Positions 39,065 through 48,647 of a stretch of DNA of 64,000 nt are shown piece after piece. The stretch is from assembly GCA_043805415.1 (NCBI GenBank), contig JAZDHZ010000039.1:14554-78553 (forward strand), read 5' to 3'. The stretch's first letter is position 1, and each line of letters opens with the position of its first letter. The notes below the pieces were generated by a model. The model was not told the DNA's origin. It searched no databases and saw nothing but the letters and a program-made list of their open reading frames with translations. The DNA is from Candidatus Omnitrophota bacterium. Lineage in GTDB: Bacteria > Omnitrophota > Gorgyraeia > B26-G9. Position numbers and translations under genes: made by a program.

Positions 39065-42000
39065 ATGAGAAAAATATGGGGTAATGTTTTAATGCTAATA
39101 ATTGGATTTTTGAGTATTCTGCCTTTTGCTGAGGCCAAAGAAGCGGATATGTGTATTGCTTCTAAATCAATGGGTATTCCCAGCTATGTGGTTCAGGAGG
39201 CCGCGTACAGTGGTAAGGTTGAAGATGCTACGGTGTTTGTGGATACAAAATTAAAGATCGAGGTTTTGGCTGAGCAGCAGAGCAGCGTTCCTTTGTTTAC
39301 TCAGGACGTGGCAATGATTAAAACCGCTTTACCTAAAGGTGTCTTGCTTTTGCAGCGAGAAGGCAATTATAATCTGCTTTTTCCGGGCAAGGGCAGTTAT
39401 ACTGTTGGCTTGCAATTCACAGTCTTGGTTAATCAGAAAAGTGACCGCAATCTGATTAATCTTGAAGTAACTCAAGCCGCGATTTCTACATTGCAATTGG
39501 TGTTTGAGGGTACTGATCTGGACATCCAAAGCAGTCCGGCAATGAGCACGCTGATAAAAGCCAAAGGTAAAAGCACGGAATTTACCGCTTATTTAGGAAC
39601 AGCCAGACAGATTGAAGTCAGCTGGTTTGCCAAACCCACGGCTTTAGCAAAAGCAAATCTTTTGTTTAATTCTGAGAATAATACCTTGATTACCATATCC
39701 TCGGGAGTGATTAATACCCGCACTTTTTTAAATTACAAGGTTATTCAGGGTAAACTTTCCCAGTTTAACGTGTCTTTGCCTGAAAACATGAACCTTTTGA
39801 CGGTTAAAGGCGAAAATTTGAAAAACTGGACATTAAAAAAAGATAAGAGTAAGCAGATTCTCAGCGTGGAATTAACCAAGGAAATTTCCGATACATATCA
39901 ATTAGTGTTGGATGCCGAAGAAATAAAAGATAAGATCGAAGGTACTTATAGCACGTCTGATATTATTTCTTTAGACGCGGAAAGAGAAAATGGTTATTAC
40001 GCGTTTAAGGTAAAAGATGATTATAAGTTGCGTTCTTTGCAGCGCAATGGGGTCAGTCAGCTGAATATCGGGGAATTACCCCAACAGCTAAAAGATGCCG
40101 GAGACGGTGAAGCAAATATTTCTTTAGCTTATCGCTTTTTGCGTGATCCCAAAGAATTAGTGATTAATATTGAAAAAATAACTCCGGAAATATCTGCTCG
40201 GAATAATGTTTTTCTTGATGTCTCTGAAGAAGTAACGCGGCTGCTGGTTCTGACTGATTATAAGATTGAGAAAGCGGGGGTGTTTAACCTGAATCTGGAA
40301 CTTCCCGGAGATATGGATGTTATTGAGGTTAATGGTTTAAATATTGAAAACTGGAAAGTAAATCAAAAAGGCAATACGCAGGAGTTGGAAATACAGCTGC
40401 GTACCAAGGCAATGAATGATTATCGCTTATTTGTAAAAATGGAAAAGCCGGTAAAAGATATTTATCAGGATATTCAGATGCCGCAGGTAAATGTGTTAAA
40501 TGCCGACAAGCTGACTGGTTTTATTGGCGTGGCTTGTGAGAGCAGCATTAATCTTAAGACAAAGCACAGAAGCAAACTTACAGAAATCGCTTTGTCGGAT
40601 TTAATCCCAGTTCCCACAGGAGAAAGTTCTCCGGCTTTGGCCTATAAGTTTCTCACCCAACCGTATGAACTGCAGTTAGCAGTAGAAAAAGTTGATCCTC
40701 GGGTAATGGCTGATGTTTTTACGTTTTTATCAGTGGGAGAAGGCTTGGTATTGGTTAATTCCGCGGTAAGCTTTGATGTTTTATTTGCCGGGGTTGATCA
40801 GTTTGAAATTGCTTTACCTGATGATGTCAGCGGTGTGGATATTACCGGACAAGGGATTAAAGCCAAAGCTGAACGTGTGGAAGAAATGGATGTAAACGGG
40901 CAGAAGAAAAAAGTAAAAATATATACGGTTTCTTTGCATTCTAAAGTAAAGGGTAAGTATACTCTTTACTGTGCCTATGAAAAAGTATTAAAAAACCTTT
41001 CGGAGAAAACCGATATGCCGTCTTTACAAATCCTGGGCGTAGAACGTCAGACCGGCAGTGTGGCGATTGGCCCCAGGGCAAACGTGGAGATTGAATTAGT
41101 TAATATTGAGGGTGCTAGTCAGGTTGATGTTAAGGAATTAGCGCAGGATAAACTGTCAGGCGCGGACATTCCGATATTATACGCGCTAAAATATGTACGC
41201 TATCCGTACAGCGTGGGTTTAGATATTAAAAAGCATGAAGATGTCGCGGTTTTAGTGGCAGTAGTTGAATCTGCTAAGATTACAACTGTTTTGGGTAAAG
41301 ACGGTCAAATTATTGTTAGCGCAAAGTATCAGATTAAAAACAGGACTAAACAATATTTAGATATAGCCTTGCCAAAAAATGTAGAAATCTGGAGCACTTT
41401 TGTTGATGGCAAAGCAGTCAAACCAGCGAAAACAGAAGCAGATAAGATATTACTGCCCTTGGTTAAATATGAGGAAAAAGACCGCAGTTTTCCTGTGGAA
41501 ATAATTTATGAAGTTAAGCGTTCGAAATTCTTTATGTTTGGCAGCATTAATCTTACGGCACCCCATTTTGATATCCCTTTGACTAATGTTACCTGGGATG
41601 TTTATATGCCGTTTGGCTATAATTATTATAATATTAGCGGCAATATGGAACTTGGCACGCGCGCTTTTGCTCAAGGCCGATGGCAGCCGCAGGAAATGGA
41701 TAAAATTGGCGGGATAAGTGGGTTTAGCGATGAAAAAGCTAGACGGGAAATGCCGAGAGTTGCCAGCTCGCAACTTAAAAAGCAGGTTGATTATTATGAG
41801 TGTGCCGATAGCCTGACTGTCTGTGAATCAAAAGAAGAAGCCTATAGTCCAGAGCCCGCGCAAAAGATGGATCAACGAAAAGACCAGGCTTTTTTCTCTA
41901 ATATAAATTCTCAGATCGCGCGTTATAATCAGCAGCTGGCACCTTCTAAGAACAAGCAGGTGGCAACAGAAGGCAGACAAAAAGGGGTATTACCGATTCA

Positions 42001-42208
42001 TATCACAATTCCGACTGGAGGCAAACTCTATACATTTTCCAAATTAATCAGTCGCGAGCAATTAAAGATAAATGCTTTTTATGCTAAGAAATTGGGCAGA
42101 CTGTTGTTTTTGATTATTCTGTTTACCGCGATCGCGATGATTATCCGCTATAAACAAAATATCATAAAAATACTGCAAAACCTGAGCAAGAAAAACAAAC
42201 CGGAATAA
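39065..42208 (+). CDS. Large exported protein with ~4 internal beta-rich repeats and a C-terminal TM anchor; function unknown
   Basis: Signal peptide (..PFAEA), repeated units starting near aa 204, 379, 550 and 736, C-terminal LLFLIILFTAIAMII plus basic tail. Confidence 0.75.
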   Translation: MRKIWGNVLMLIIGFLSILPFAEAKEADMCIASKSMGIPSYVVQEAAYSGKVEDATVFVDTKLKIEVLAEQQSSVPLFTQDVAMIKTALPKGVLLLQREGNYNLLFPGKGSYTVGLQFTVLVNQKSDRNLINLEVTQAAISTLQLVFEGTDLDIQSSPAMSTLIKAKGKSTEFTAYLGTARQIEVSWFAKPTALAKANLLFNSENNTLITISSGVINTRTFLNYKVIQGKLSQFNVSLPENMNLLTVKGENLKNWTLKKDKSKQILSVELTKEISDTYQLVLDAEEIKDKIEGTYSTSDIISLDAERENGYYAFKVKDDYKLRSLQRNGVSQLNIGELPQQLKDAGDGEANISLAYRFLRDPKELVINIEKITPEISARNNVFLDVSEEVTRLLVLTDYKIEKAGVFNLNLELPGDMDVIEVNGLNIENWKVNQKGNTQELEIQLRTKAMNDYRLFVKMEKPVKDIYQDIQMPQVNVLNADKLTGFIGVACESSINLKTKHRSKLTEIALSDLIPVPTGESSPALAYKFLTQPYELQLAVEKVDPRVMADVFTFLSVGEGLVLVNSAVSFDVLFAGVDQFEIALPDDVSGVDITGQGIKAKAERVEEMDVNGQKKKVKIYTVSLHSKVKGKYTLYCAYEKVLKNLSEKTDMPSLQILGVERQTGSVAIGPRANVEIELVNIEGASQVDVKELAQDKLSGADIPILYALKYVRYPYSVGLDIKKHEDVAVLVAVVESAKITTVLGKDGQIIVSAKYQIKNRTKQYLDIALPKNVEIWSTFVDGKAVKPAKTEADKILLPLVKYEEKDRSFPVEIIYEVKRSKFFMFGSINLTAPHFDIPLTNVTWDVYMPFGYNYYNISGNMELGTRAFAQGRWQPQEMDKIGGISGFSDEKARREMPRVASSQLKKQVDYYECADSLTVCESKEEAYSPEPAQKMDQRKDQAFFSNINSQIARYNQQLAPSKNKQVATEGRQKGVLPIHITIPTGGKLYTFSKLISREQLKINAFYAKKLGRLLFLIILFTAIAMIIRYKQNIIKILQNLSKKNKPE

Positions 42209-42392
42209 GCCGGACAGTGATGTGTCGCGGATAAAAATATAAAGCAATTAAATCGATTATTTAGAAGAATTGATTATGTTTGGTTAAAACAGTCTTTGCG
42301 GATTGACAGGATATATAATAGATGTTGCAAAACCCTTAGTTAGTGTTAATATGTTGAACAATGTTTATGTAGTTAAGTTCTAATATGGAGGC

Positions 42393-44306
42393 TTGAGCGC
42401 AATTTCCTTAATCAGTTTAAAAGATATTTCATTGGCTTTTGGCGGGCCGCTTTTGTTTGAAAAATTAAGCCTGCAGCTTGAGCCAGGTGAACGCGTTGCT
42501 TTGCTGGGAAGAAACGGGGTTGGTAAAACCACGCTGATGAAGGTTATGGCCGGACAGATACCGGTTGACTCAGGGGAGATTGCTTATCAAAAAGGCGTGC
42601 GGCTTACGCATCTTCCTCAGGAAATTCCCAGTGAGATTAAAGGCACGGTATTTGATATTGTGCTTTCCGGCCTAGGGGAACGGGCGAAGCTTTTAAGCGA
42701 CTATCATCATGTCAGCCATCAACTGCAAACTAAACATACGGATGGTTTATTGCGCAAACTTGATGATCTGCAGCATAAAATGGATCATAGCAATGGCTGG
42801 GATATCAATAATCAGGTTGAGTCCGCGATTTCACATATGACCATTGACCCGGACAGCAACTTTGAACAATTATCCGGCGGTCAGAAACGCAAAGCTTTGT
42901 TAGCCAGAGCTTTAGTCTGCAATCCGGAAATCCTGATGCTGGATGAACCAACCAATCACCTGGATATTGAATCAATTACCTGGCTGGAAGAGTTTTTAAA
43001 AACCTATAAAGGAACTTTATTTTTTGTCACGCATGATCGAACTTTTATGAATAATTTAGCAACCCGGATAGTTGAGCTTGATCAAGGCCGGATCTTTAGC
43101 TGGTCCTGCGGGTATAATATTTTTTTAGAACGCAAAGCCCAAGCCTTGGATATTGAGGCTGTGCAGCGCGCTCAGTTTGATAAAAAACTGGCAAAAGAAG
43201 AGGTCTGGGTTAGACAAGGAATCAAAGCGCGTCGGACCCGTGATGAAGGCCGCGTGCGTGAGCTTGAGCTGCTGCGCAAAGAAAAGAAAGCGCAGCGTCA
43301 GTTGATCGGCCAGGTTAAAATGCGCGCCGAAGAATCAGACCGTTCCGGACAGCTGGTGATTAAGGCAAATAATCTTGGGTTTTCCTATGGGGATAAATGT
43401 CTGATTAAAGATTTTTCCACCCGGATTATGCGCGGCGATAAAATCGGGGTTATTGGTCCGAATGGTTCAGGCAAGACTACATTATTGCGCATCTTAGTTG
43501 GCCAGCTTGCGCCGCAAACAGGGGAGATAAACATCGGCACTAAGATTGATCTATTATATTATGATCAGCTTAGAGAAGCCTTGGATGAAGAAAAGAGTGT
43601 TAAGCAAAATGTCAGCGGCGACGCGGATATGATCACAGTAAACGGAAAACCCAAACACATTATTGGCTATTTACAGGATTTTCTGTTTTCACCGGAAAGG
43701 GCTCAGACGCCGGTTAAGGTTTTATCCGGAGGGGAGCGCAATCGACTGCTTTTAGCCCGGTTATTCACCAAACCCTCGAATGTTCTGGTAATGGATGAAC
43801 CAACCAATGATCTGGATATTGAGACTTTGGAGATGTTAGAGGATTTGCTGCTTAAATATTCCGGCACACTGTTCCTGGTAAGCCATGACCGGGCTTTTTT
43901 AAATAATATTGCCACATCGACTATAGTGCTGGAAGGCGCGGGCCAAATCAAAGAATATCCGGGCGGTTATGATGATTGGCTGAATCAGCGTAAACCCGCG
44001 GAAAGTCTAGAAACAGTTAAAGATAAAAATACTTTCAAGCAAGAAAAAGGCAAACAGGATAAAACAGCTAAACCAAAAAAAATTTCCTTTAACCAAGAGC
44101 GTGAATTAAAAGAGCTTCCAAAACAGATTGAACAAATGGAATCAGAACAAAAGCAGATTTTTAATACCATGGCCCAGCCTGATTTTTATCTTAAAGATAA
44201 AGCTGAAGTTAAACAGCTGAATCAAAGAGTTGAGCGGATCAAAGAATCCTTGCCCGGACTTTATAAGCGGTGGGAAGAATTAGAAGCGCTTAAGGGGGAT
44301 GTGTAA
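42393..44306 (+). CDS. uup: ABC-F family ATPase Uup
   Basis: GRNGVGKT and GPNGSGKT Walker A, LSGGQ/LSGGE, DEPTNH/DEPTND, WVRQGIKARRTRDEGRVR, C-terminal ..YKRWEELE. RBS GGAGG, TTG start. Confidence 0.93.
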   Translation: MSAISLISLKDISLAFGGPLLFEKLSLQLEPGERVALLGRNGVGKTTLMKVMAGQIPVDSGEIAYQKGVRLTHLPQEIPSEIKGTVFDIVLSGLGERAKLLSDYHHVSHQLQTKHTDGLLRKLDDLQHKMDHSNGWDINNQVESAISHMTIDPDSNFEQLSGGQKRKALLARALVCNPEILMLDEPTNHLDIESITWLEEFLKTYKGTLFFVTHDRTFMNNLATRIVELDQGRIFSWSCGYNIFLERKAQALDIEAVQRAQFDKKLAKEEVWVRQGIKARRTRDEGRVRELELLRKEKKAQRQLIGQVKMRAEESDRSGQLVIKANNLGFSYGDKCLIKDFSTRIMRGDKIGVIGPNGSGKTTLLRILVGQLAPQTGEINIGTKIDLLYYDQLREALDEEKSVKQNVSGDADMITVNGKPKHIIGYLQDFLFSPERAQTPVKVLSGGERNRLLLARLFTKPSNVLVMDEPTNDLDIETLEMLEDLLLKYSGTLFLVSHDRAFLNNIATSTIVLEGAGQIKEYPGGYDDWLNQRKPAESLETVKDKNTFKQEKGKQDKTAKPKKISFNQERELKELPKQIEQMESEQKQIFNTMAQPDFYLKDKAEVKQLNQRVERIKESLPGLYKRWEELEALKGDV

Positions 44307-44388
44307 AACCAATACAAATCATTGATTTTCTGCTACAATATAATACCCGCAATGAAAGCGGGTTAGGGCGTTTAAGGCAGACTCAAAC

Positions 44389-44964
44389 ATGAAGGATTTA
44401 ATGCGTTCAAGCAATGGATTACAAGAGATAGATATCATCATTGATACCTGGGATGATGTGTTTTCTGATTTTGACCCCCGGTCATTGAGCGAGAGAACTT
44501 TGTCCGAGGATTTCATTATTGAGCTTAGGCAGCGGTCGCGTGAAACAAATAAAGGCGATTTTATTGTTACTATTTGCGCGCCAGAGTCTTTGCGGGACAA
44601 AAAGACGGAACAAACGGTTGCTAAAAGGCTTAAGCGGCATTTTTTACACAGATCGCTGGTGAGCCGCAAGACCAATGCGCATATCCGCTTGCGGGGTATT
44701 GTGTTTGTCCTGTGCGGGATATGTTTTCTCACCTTTTTAACCCTTGCCGCGTATTATAAATTGTTCAGCGATCTGACAATTAATATTCTCAGCATTGTGG
44801 TTATGCCTCTGGGCTGGTTTGGGATATGGGAAGGGTTTTCCAAAATTGTGGATATCTCGCCGGCGTATATTCAGGAAGAAAAGTTTTATACAAAACTGGG
44901 AATGGCGCAGTATAGATTTAAGTATCTCAGCAATGAGAAAGAAAGGCCAAAAGAGGTTAATTGA
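44389..44964 (+). CDS. Conserved-looking hypothetical membrane protein (2 TM)
   Basis: DVFSDFDPRSLSERTLSEDFIIEL, two hydrophobic helices, GWFGIWEG. Confidence 0.7.
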   Translation: MKDLMRSSNGLQEIDIIIDTWDDVFSDFDPRSLSERTLSEDFIIELRQRSRETNKGDFIVTICAPESLRDKKTEQTVAKRLKRHFLHRSLVSRKTNAHIRLRGIVFVLCGICFLTFLTLAAYYKLFSDLTINILSIVVMPLGWFGIWEGFSKIVDISPAYIQEEKFYTKLGMAQYRFKYLSNEKERPKEVN

Positions 44965-45020
44965 CGAATTTTTAATATGGAAAAATCCATTCCTTCCTTT
45001 AACCTACTGAAAGCAAAAAC

Positions 45021-45902
45021 ATGAAAAAGTTGGTTTTAATATTAATTTTTTTTGTCGGACTGGATAGTTCAATTGCTTTAGGCGATATGATATATCTTAA
45101 AAGCGGACGAAGCATTGAAGGCAAGATTGTGGAGCAAACCGACGAATTTGTTAAGATAAACTGTCTTGAGCTCGGGATGTATGCTAAGTATAAGAAAAGT
45201 TCTATTGTAAAAATAGTTTTAGAAGACGCAAAGCCTCAAACAAATAAAAATCCCGCGGATGAATCAAAGCGGTTAACTGAACAGCCAGTCAGTCTTGAAG
45301 TTCTCAAATCCCAAATTATAGAACACGAAGGTTATTTGTTATATCTTCCGCAAGGGCTTGTAGCCGGAAAAGTCTATCCTTTGATTGTGGCTTTTGATCC
45401 CGGAGCCAATGCTCTGGCAATGATTAATTTTTGGAAACCGATCTCAGAAGAGAAAAAACTAATTATTTGCGCTTCAAAAAAATTTCGCAATGACTTGGAA
45501 AACTGGGTTAAACCAGAAGAACAAATGATCGAAGAGGTGCTTAAGGCATATCCGGTTAATCGCAAGCGGATAATAACCACGGGAATATCCGGAGGAGGAA
45601 TGGGCGCGCATATGCTTGCTTTTTATCGGCCGGATCTGGTTTTGGCGGTTATTAGCAATGTCGGCCGAATAAATCCTTTTTTTAAAACAGATCCCAAAGC
45701 AAAACGAGATTATCCGCAAAGTAAGATAGCTGTATTTATCGCCGGAACTAATGACTATAATTTCGCGGAAATGCGCGATGATCAGGAATTCCTTTCCAGC
45801 CTTTACTGGAAGACGAAGTGGCTTGAATTTAAAGGGGGCCACACTATGGCGCCTACCGAACTTTACAAAGAGGCCATATCCTGGATAGAACGTTATTGGT
45901 GA
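45021..45902 (+). CDS. Exported alpha/beta hydrolase (esterase-like)
   Basis: Signal peptide, DMIYLKSGRSIEGKI small N-domain, nucleophile elbow GISGGG, GTND, FKGGH. Confidence 0.8.
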   Translation: MKKLVLILIFFVGLDSSIALGDMIYLKSGRSIEGKIVEQTDEFVKINCLELGMYAKYKKSSIVKIVLEDAKPQTNKNPADESKRLTEQPVSLEVLKSQIIEHEGYLLYLPQGLVAGKVYPLIVAFDPGANALAMINFWKPISEEKKLIICASKKFRNDLENWVKPEEQMIEEVLKAYPVNRKRIITTGISGGGMGAHMLAFYRPDLVLAVISNVGRINPFFKTDPKAKRDYPQSKIAVFIAGTNDYNFAEMRDDQEFLSSLYWKTKWLEFKGGHTMAPTELYKEAISWIERYW

Positions 45903-46129
45903 ATAAGCAGTAATATTATTTTGCGGCCCGCTGTTTAAGCGATAAACTGTTTTCCCTTCAGGCAGGATCTAAATCCAAGAAAGATAAACAATGTTTTGGC
46001 ATATTTTTAAATTTTATTTAAACTTATTATAATATTTTTCAGAAAAGGCTAAAAATATAAGTGCCGCTTAGTTGGATATAAGGGAAAATCCCGCTTTTTA
46101 CTCAACTTTTTTTGCAATGTAAATTTGTT

Positions 46130-46158
46130 TTGACATGTTTGGATTTTAGGAGTATCGT
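46130..46158 (+). promoter_or_regulatory. Sigma70-type promoter of the atp operon
   Basis: TTGACA-17 bp-TATCGT, about 250 bp upstream of atpB. Confidence 0.6.
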
Positions 46159-46407
46159 ATTTTATAAGGTGACAATGAAGTCATATCCAGCTTTTAAAGC
46201 CAAAAGTTCTCTTTAGATAGAAGTTATTTTCTAAAGGGAATTTTACTTTTACCAGGCAGATTATTGCTGGGCAGTAAAGTTTTAGTTGTTGGCTTGTCGC
46301 GGATTAAAAAATTGGATAGCTTTCTGAACGCGATAATCCTGGTTTTGAAATTAATTAAATTTGTTTTTACGGAAAAAGAATCATTAGTTTAATCGAGTAT
46401 TTAAAAT

Positions 46408-47241
46408 ATGAAAAATAAGTATCTGGCCTATTTTTTATTAGTTTATTTGCTTTTTTCTCCGGCTGCGGTATTTGCCCAACAGGAAAATGTTTCTGATGTA
46501 CTGTCTCAGGAAATCGCTAACGGAAAAACTCTGGATATTTTCCCTTACCTTCCGGCAATCCAATTCCCGGCGGGGATAACAATTCATTTTTTTATGCTGA
46601 TATTATCAGCAGTTTTAATTATTGCTCTATTTTTTTATGGGAAGCTAAACATATCTTTAAAACCCCGCGGATTGCTGGTTGTTTTGGAAAACATGATTGG
46701 TTTTGTCCAGGATGATATTGTTTTTCCGATTATGGGTGAAGCCCAAGGCGCAAAATGGCTGCCGTTTTTCTGCACTTTATTTTTCTTTTTATTGACAAGT
46801 AATCTTCTGGGTTTAATTCCTTGTTTTAAGACAGCCACCGGAAATATCAACGTAACCTCAGCCTTGGCAGCAATGATTCTGATTCTGGTTTTTGCCGCGG
46901 GCATTAAAAATCTGGGGACGCGAAAATTCTTTGTAAATTTATATCCTCAAGGTACGGCTTGGCCCATCGGGATTTTTGTGGCGTTTCTGGAATTTAGCGG
47001 AATGTTTCTTAAAACAGCAGTGTTAAGTCTGCGGCTTTTTGCCAATATATTTGCCGGGCATTTGGCGATCTTCTCATTTTTAATGCTGATTTTTATTTTG
47101 AGTCCGTTTGCCGGAATATTTGCAGTTCCGTTTACGATATTTACGTATTTACTGGAAGTTCTTGTAGGTTTGATTCAAGCATTTGTTTTTACACTGCTTA
47201 GTTGTATATTCATTACAATGGCAAGCAGTGTTCATGAATAG
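46408..47241 (+). CDS. atpB: FoF1 ATP synthase subunit a, with signal-peptide-like N-terminus
   Basis: NLLGLIP, TATGNINVT, LSLRLFANIFAGH (essential Arg), LIQAFVFTLLS. Confidence 0.95.
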   Translation: MKNKYLAYFLLVYLLFSPAAVFAQQENVSDVLSQEIANGKTLDIFPYLPAIQFPAGITIHFFMLILSAVLIIALFFYGKLNISLKPRGLLVVLENMIGFVQDDIVFPIMGEAQGAKWLPFFCTLFFFLLTSNLLGLIPCFKTATGNINVTSALAAMILILVFAAGIKNLGTRKFFVNLYPQGTAWPIGIFVAFLEFSGMFLKTAVLSLRLFANIFAGHLAIFSFLMLIFILSPFAGIFAVPFTIFTYLLEVLVGLIQAFVFTLLSCIFITMASSVHE

Positions 47242-47264
47242 TTGATAACTAAAGGAGGTTTTTA

Positions 47265-47495
47265 ATGGACTTAACCACATTAGCACAGGCAATCGCTGTT
47301 ATCGGGGCTGGTATTGGTATTTTTGGCGGTTCAATCGGCATCGGAATGATTGGATCTAAAGCGATGGACGCAATCGCCCGCCAGCCCGCGGAAAAAAAAG
47401 ATATCCGGACCAATATGATTCTTATGGCAGCTTTGATCGAAGGTTTGGCTTTTTTCGGCGCGATTATCGCGCTGCTGATTATTTTTAAGAAATAA
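47265..47495 (+). CDS. atpE: ATP synthase subunit c (proton-type)
   Basis: GxGxG helix, ARQP loop, ALIEGLAFF. Lacks the Q..ES/T Na+ signature. Confidence 0.96.
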   Translation: MDLTTLAQAIAVIGAGIGIFGGSIGIGMIGSKAMDAIARQPAEKKDIRTNMILMAALIEGLAFFGAIIALLIIFKK

Positions 47496-47617
47496 TGGTT
47501 TAGGGGTTATGATTAACTCGGCAGATGCCGCGAGAAAAATCTCTTTTTTTCAAGAGCGTCTATAGTAAGTTGAGCATGATTGAAAACTGATATGCTGACT
47601 TTTAAGGAGAAAGTATT

Positions 47618-48100
47618 ATGGACTTATTTAAGATTGATCCTGGACTAGCGATTTGGACATGGATTGTTTTTGGCATTACTTTAACAATCCTGTGGAAATT
47701 TGCCTTTCCCGCGCTTTTAAGTAATATAAAAATCCGGGAAAAAACCATTGCCCAGGCGATTAACAATGCCGCCCAGATCGAAAAACGTCTTTCCGCTATT
47801 GACGAAGAGCAGGCAGAGGCGATCAAAGCATCAAAAGCTCAATCCAGTGAGATTTTGCGTCAAACCCGCGACCAGGCGGAAATGCTCAGAAAAGAGCTGC
47901 TGGCAAAAGCAGAAGAAGACGCGCAGGATATCCTAGCTCAGGCAAAGATTAAAATCAATGAGGAAAGAGTCGCGGCGATTCGATTGATAAGATTGGATAT
48001 TGCTGATTTTGTTTGTGACGCGTCGGAAAAAGTTATCGGTAAATCATTTATTGCCAAAGATGACCGTGATTGGGTCAAAGAACTGGTAGAAACATTATGA
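47618..48100 (+). CDS. atpF: ATP synthase subunit b
   Basis: DPGLAIWT, ILWKFAFP, coiled coil, ASEKVIGK. Confidence 0.93.
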   Translation: MDLFKIDPGLAIWTWIVFGITLTILWKFAFPALLSNIKIREKTIAQAINNAAQIEKRLSAIDEEQAEAIKASKAQSSEILRQTRDQAEMLRKELLAKAEEDAQDILAQAKIKINEERVAAIRLIRLDIADFVCDASEKVIGKSFIAKDDRDWVKELVETL

Positions 48101-48633
48101 GCGGAAGAACAGTTGCCATCAGATATGCCACTGCCCTTTATCAGGTAGCGCTAGAGAAAAAAATGACTGAAACGATTGTCGCGGATTTGACAAAGCTCAA
48201 TGAAATTATGAGCGCCGCGCAGATTAGGGAGTATTGTCTAAAAGCGCATGTTAATCAAGTTTTGGAAATGATGTTTATTGATACAGCCTTTATTCCTTAT
48301 GTAAGTCAGACCACTGGAGAGATGTTAAAAATCGCGGCGCGTAATGGCAGATTAGCGGCCTTGCCCTATCTGTTCTCGGCTTTGCAAAACATAATCAACG
48401 CGGAATCCGGGATAGTGGAAGTTATGCTTGAGAGTGCCGGGGAGACTGAAAAAACTGTTCAGAAAACCATTGAGATAAAAATGGCAAAACGCTTGGGAAA
48501 GAAAGTTAAACTGAATAATATTGTTGTTCCAAAACTTCTTGGCGGGATCAGAATTTTATGGGACAACCGCTTGATTGATTTGTCCGCGATCGGAAGGTTA
48601 AAAATAATGCGGACTTTACTTAAGGCCGTTTGA
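48097..48633 (+). CDS. atpH: ATP synthase subunit delta
   Basis: [30 protein letters not shown] overlap with atpF. Confidence 0.92.
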   Translation: MSGRTVAIRYATALYQVALEKKMTETIVADLTKLNEIMSAAQIREYCLKAHVNQVLEMMFIDTAFIPYVSQTTGEMLKIAARNGRLAALPYLFSALQNIINAESGIVEVMLESAGETEKTVQKTIEIKMAKRLGKKVKLNNIVVPKLLGGIRILWDNRLIDLSAIGRLKIMRTLLKAV

Positions 48634-48647
48634 TAAGGAAGATTTTT

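Noticed and set aside
47265-47495. Na+-translocating or N-type ATPase
   Set aside because: The c subunit lacks the Na+ ligands (has IEG, no Gln), and gene order is canonical a-c-b-delta-alpha-gamma-beta-epsilon with no atpQ/atpR.
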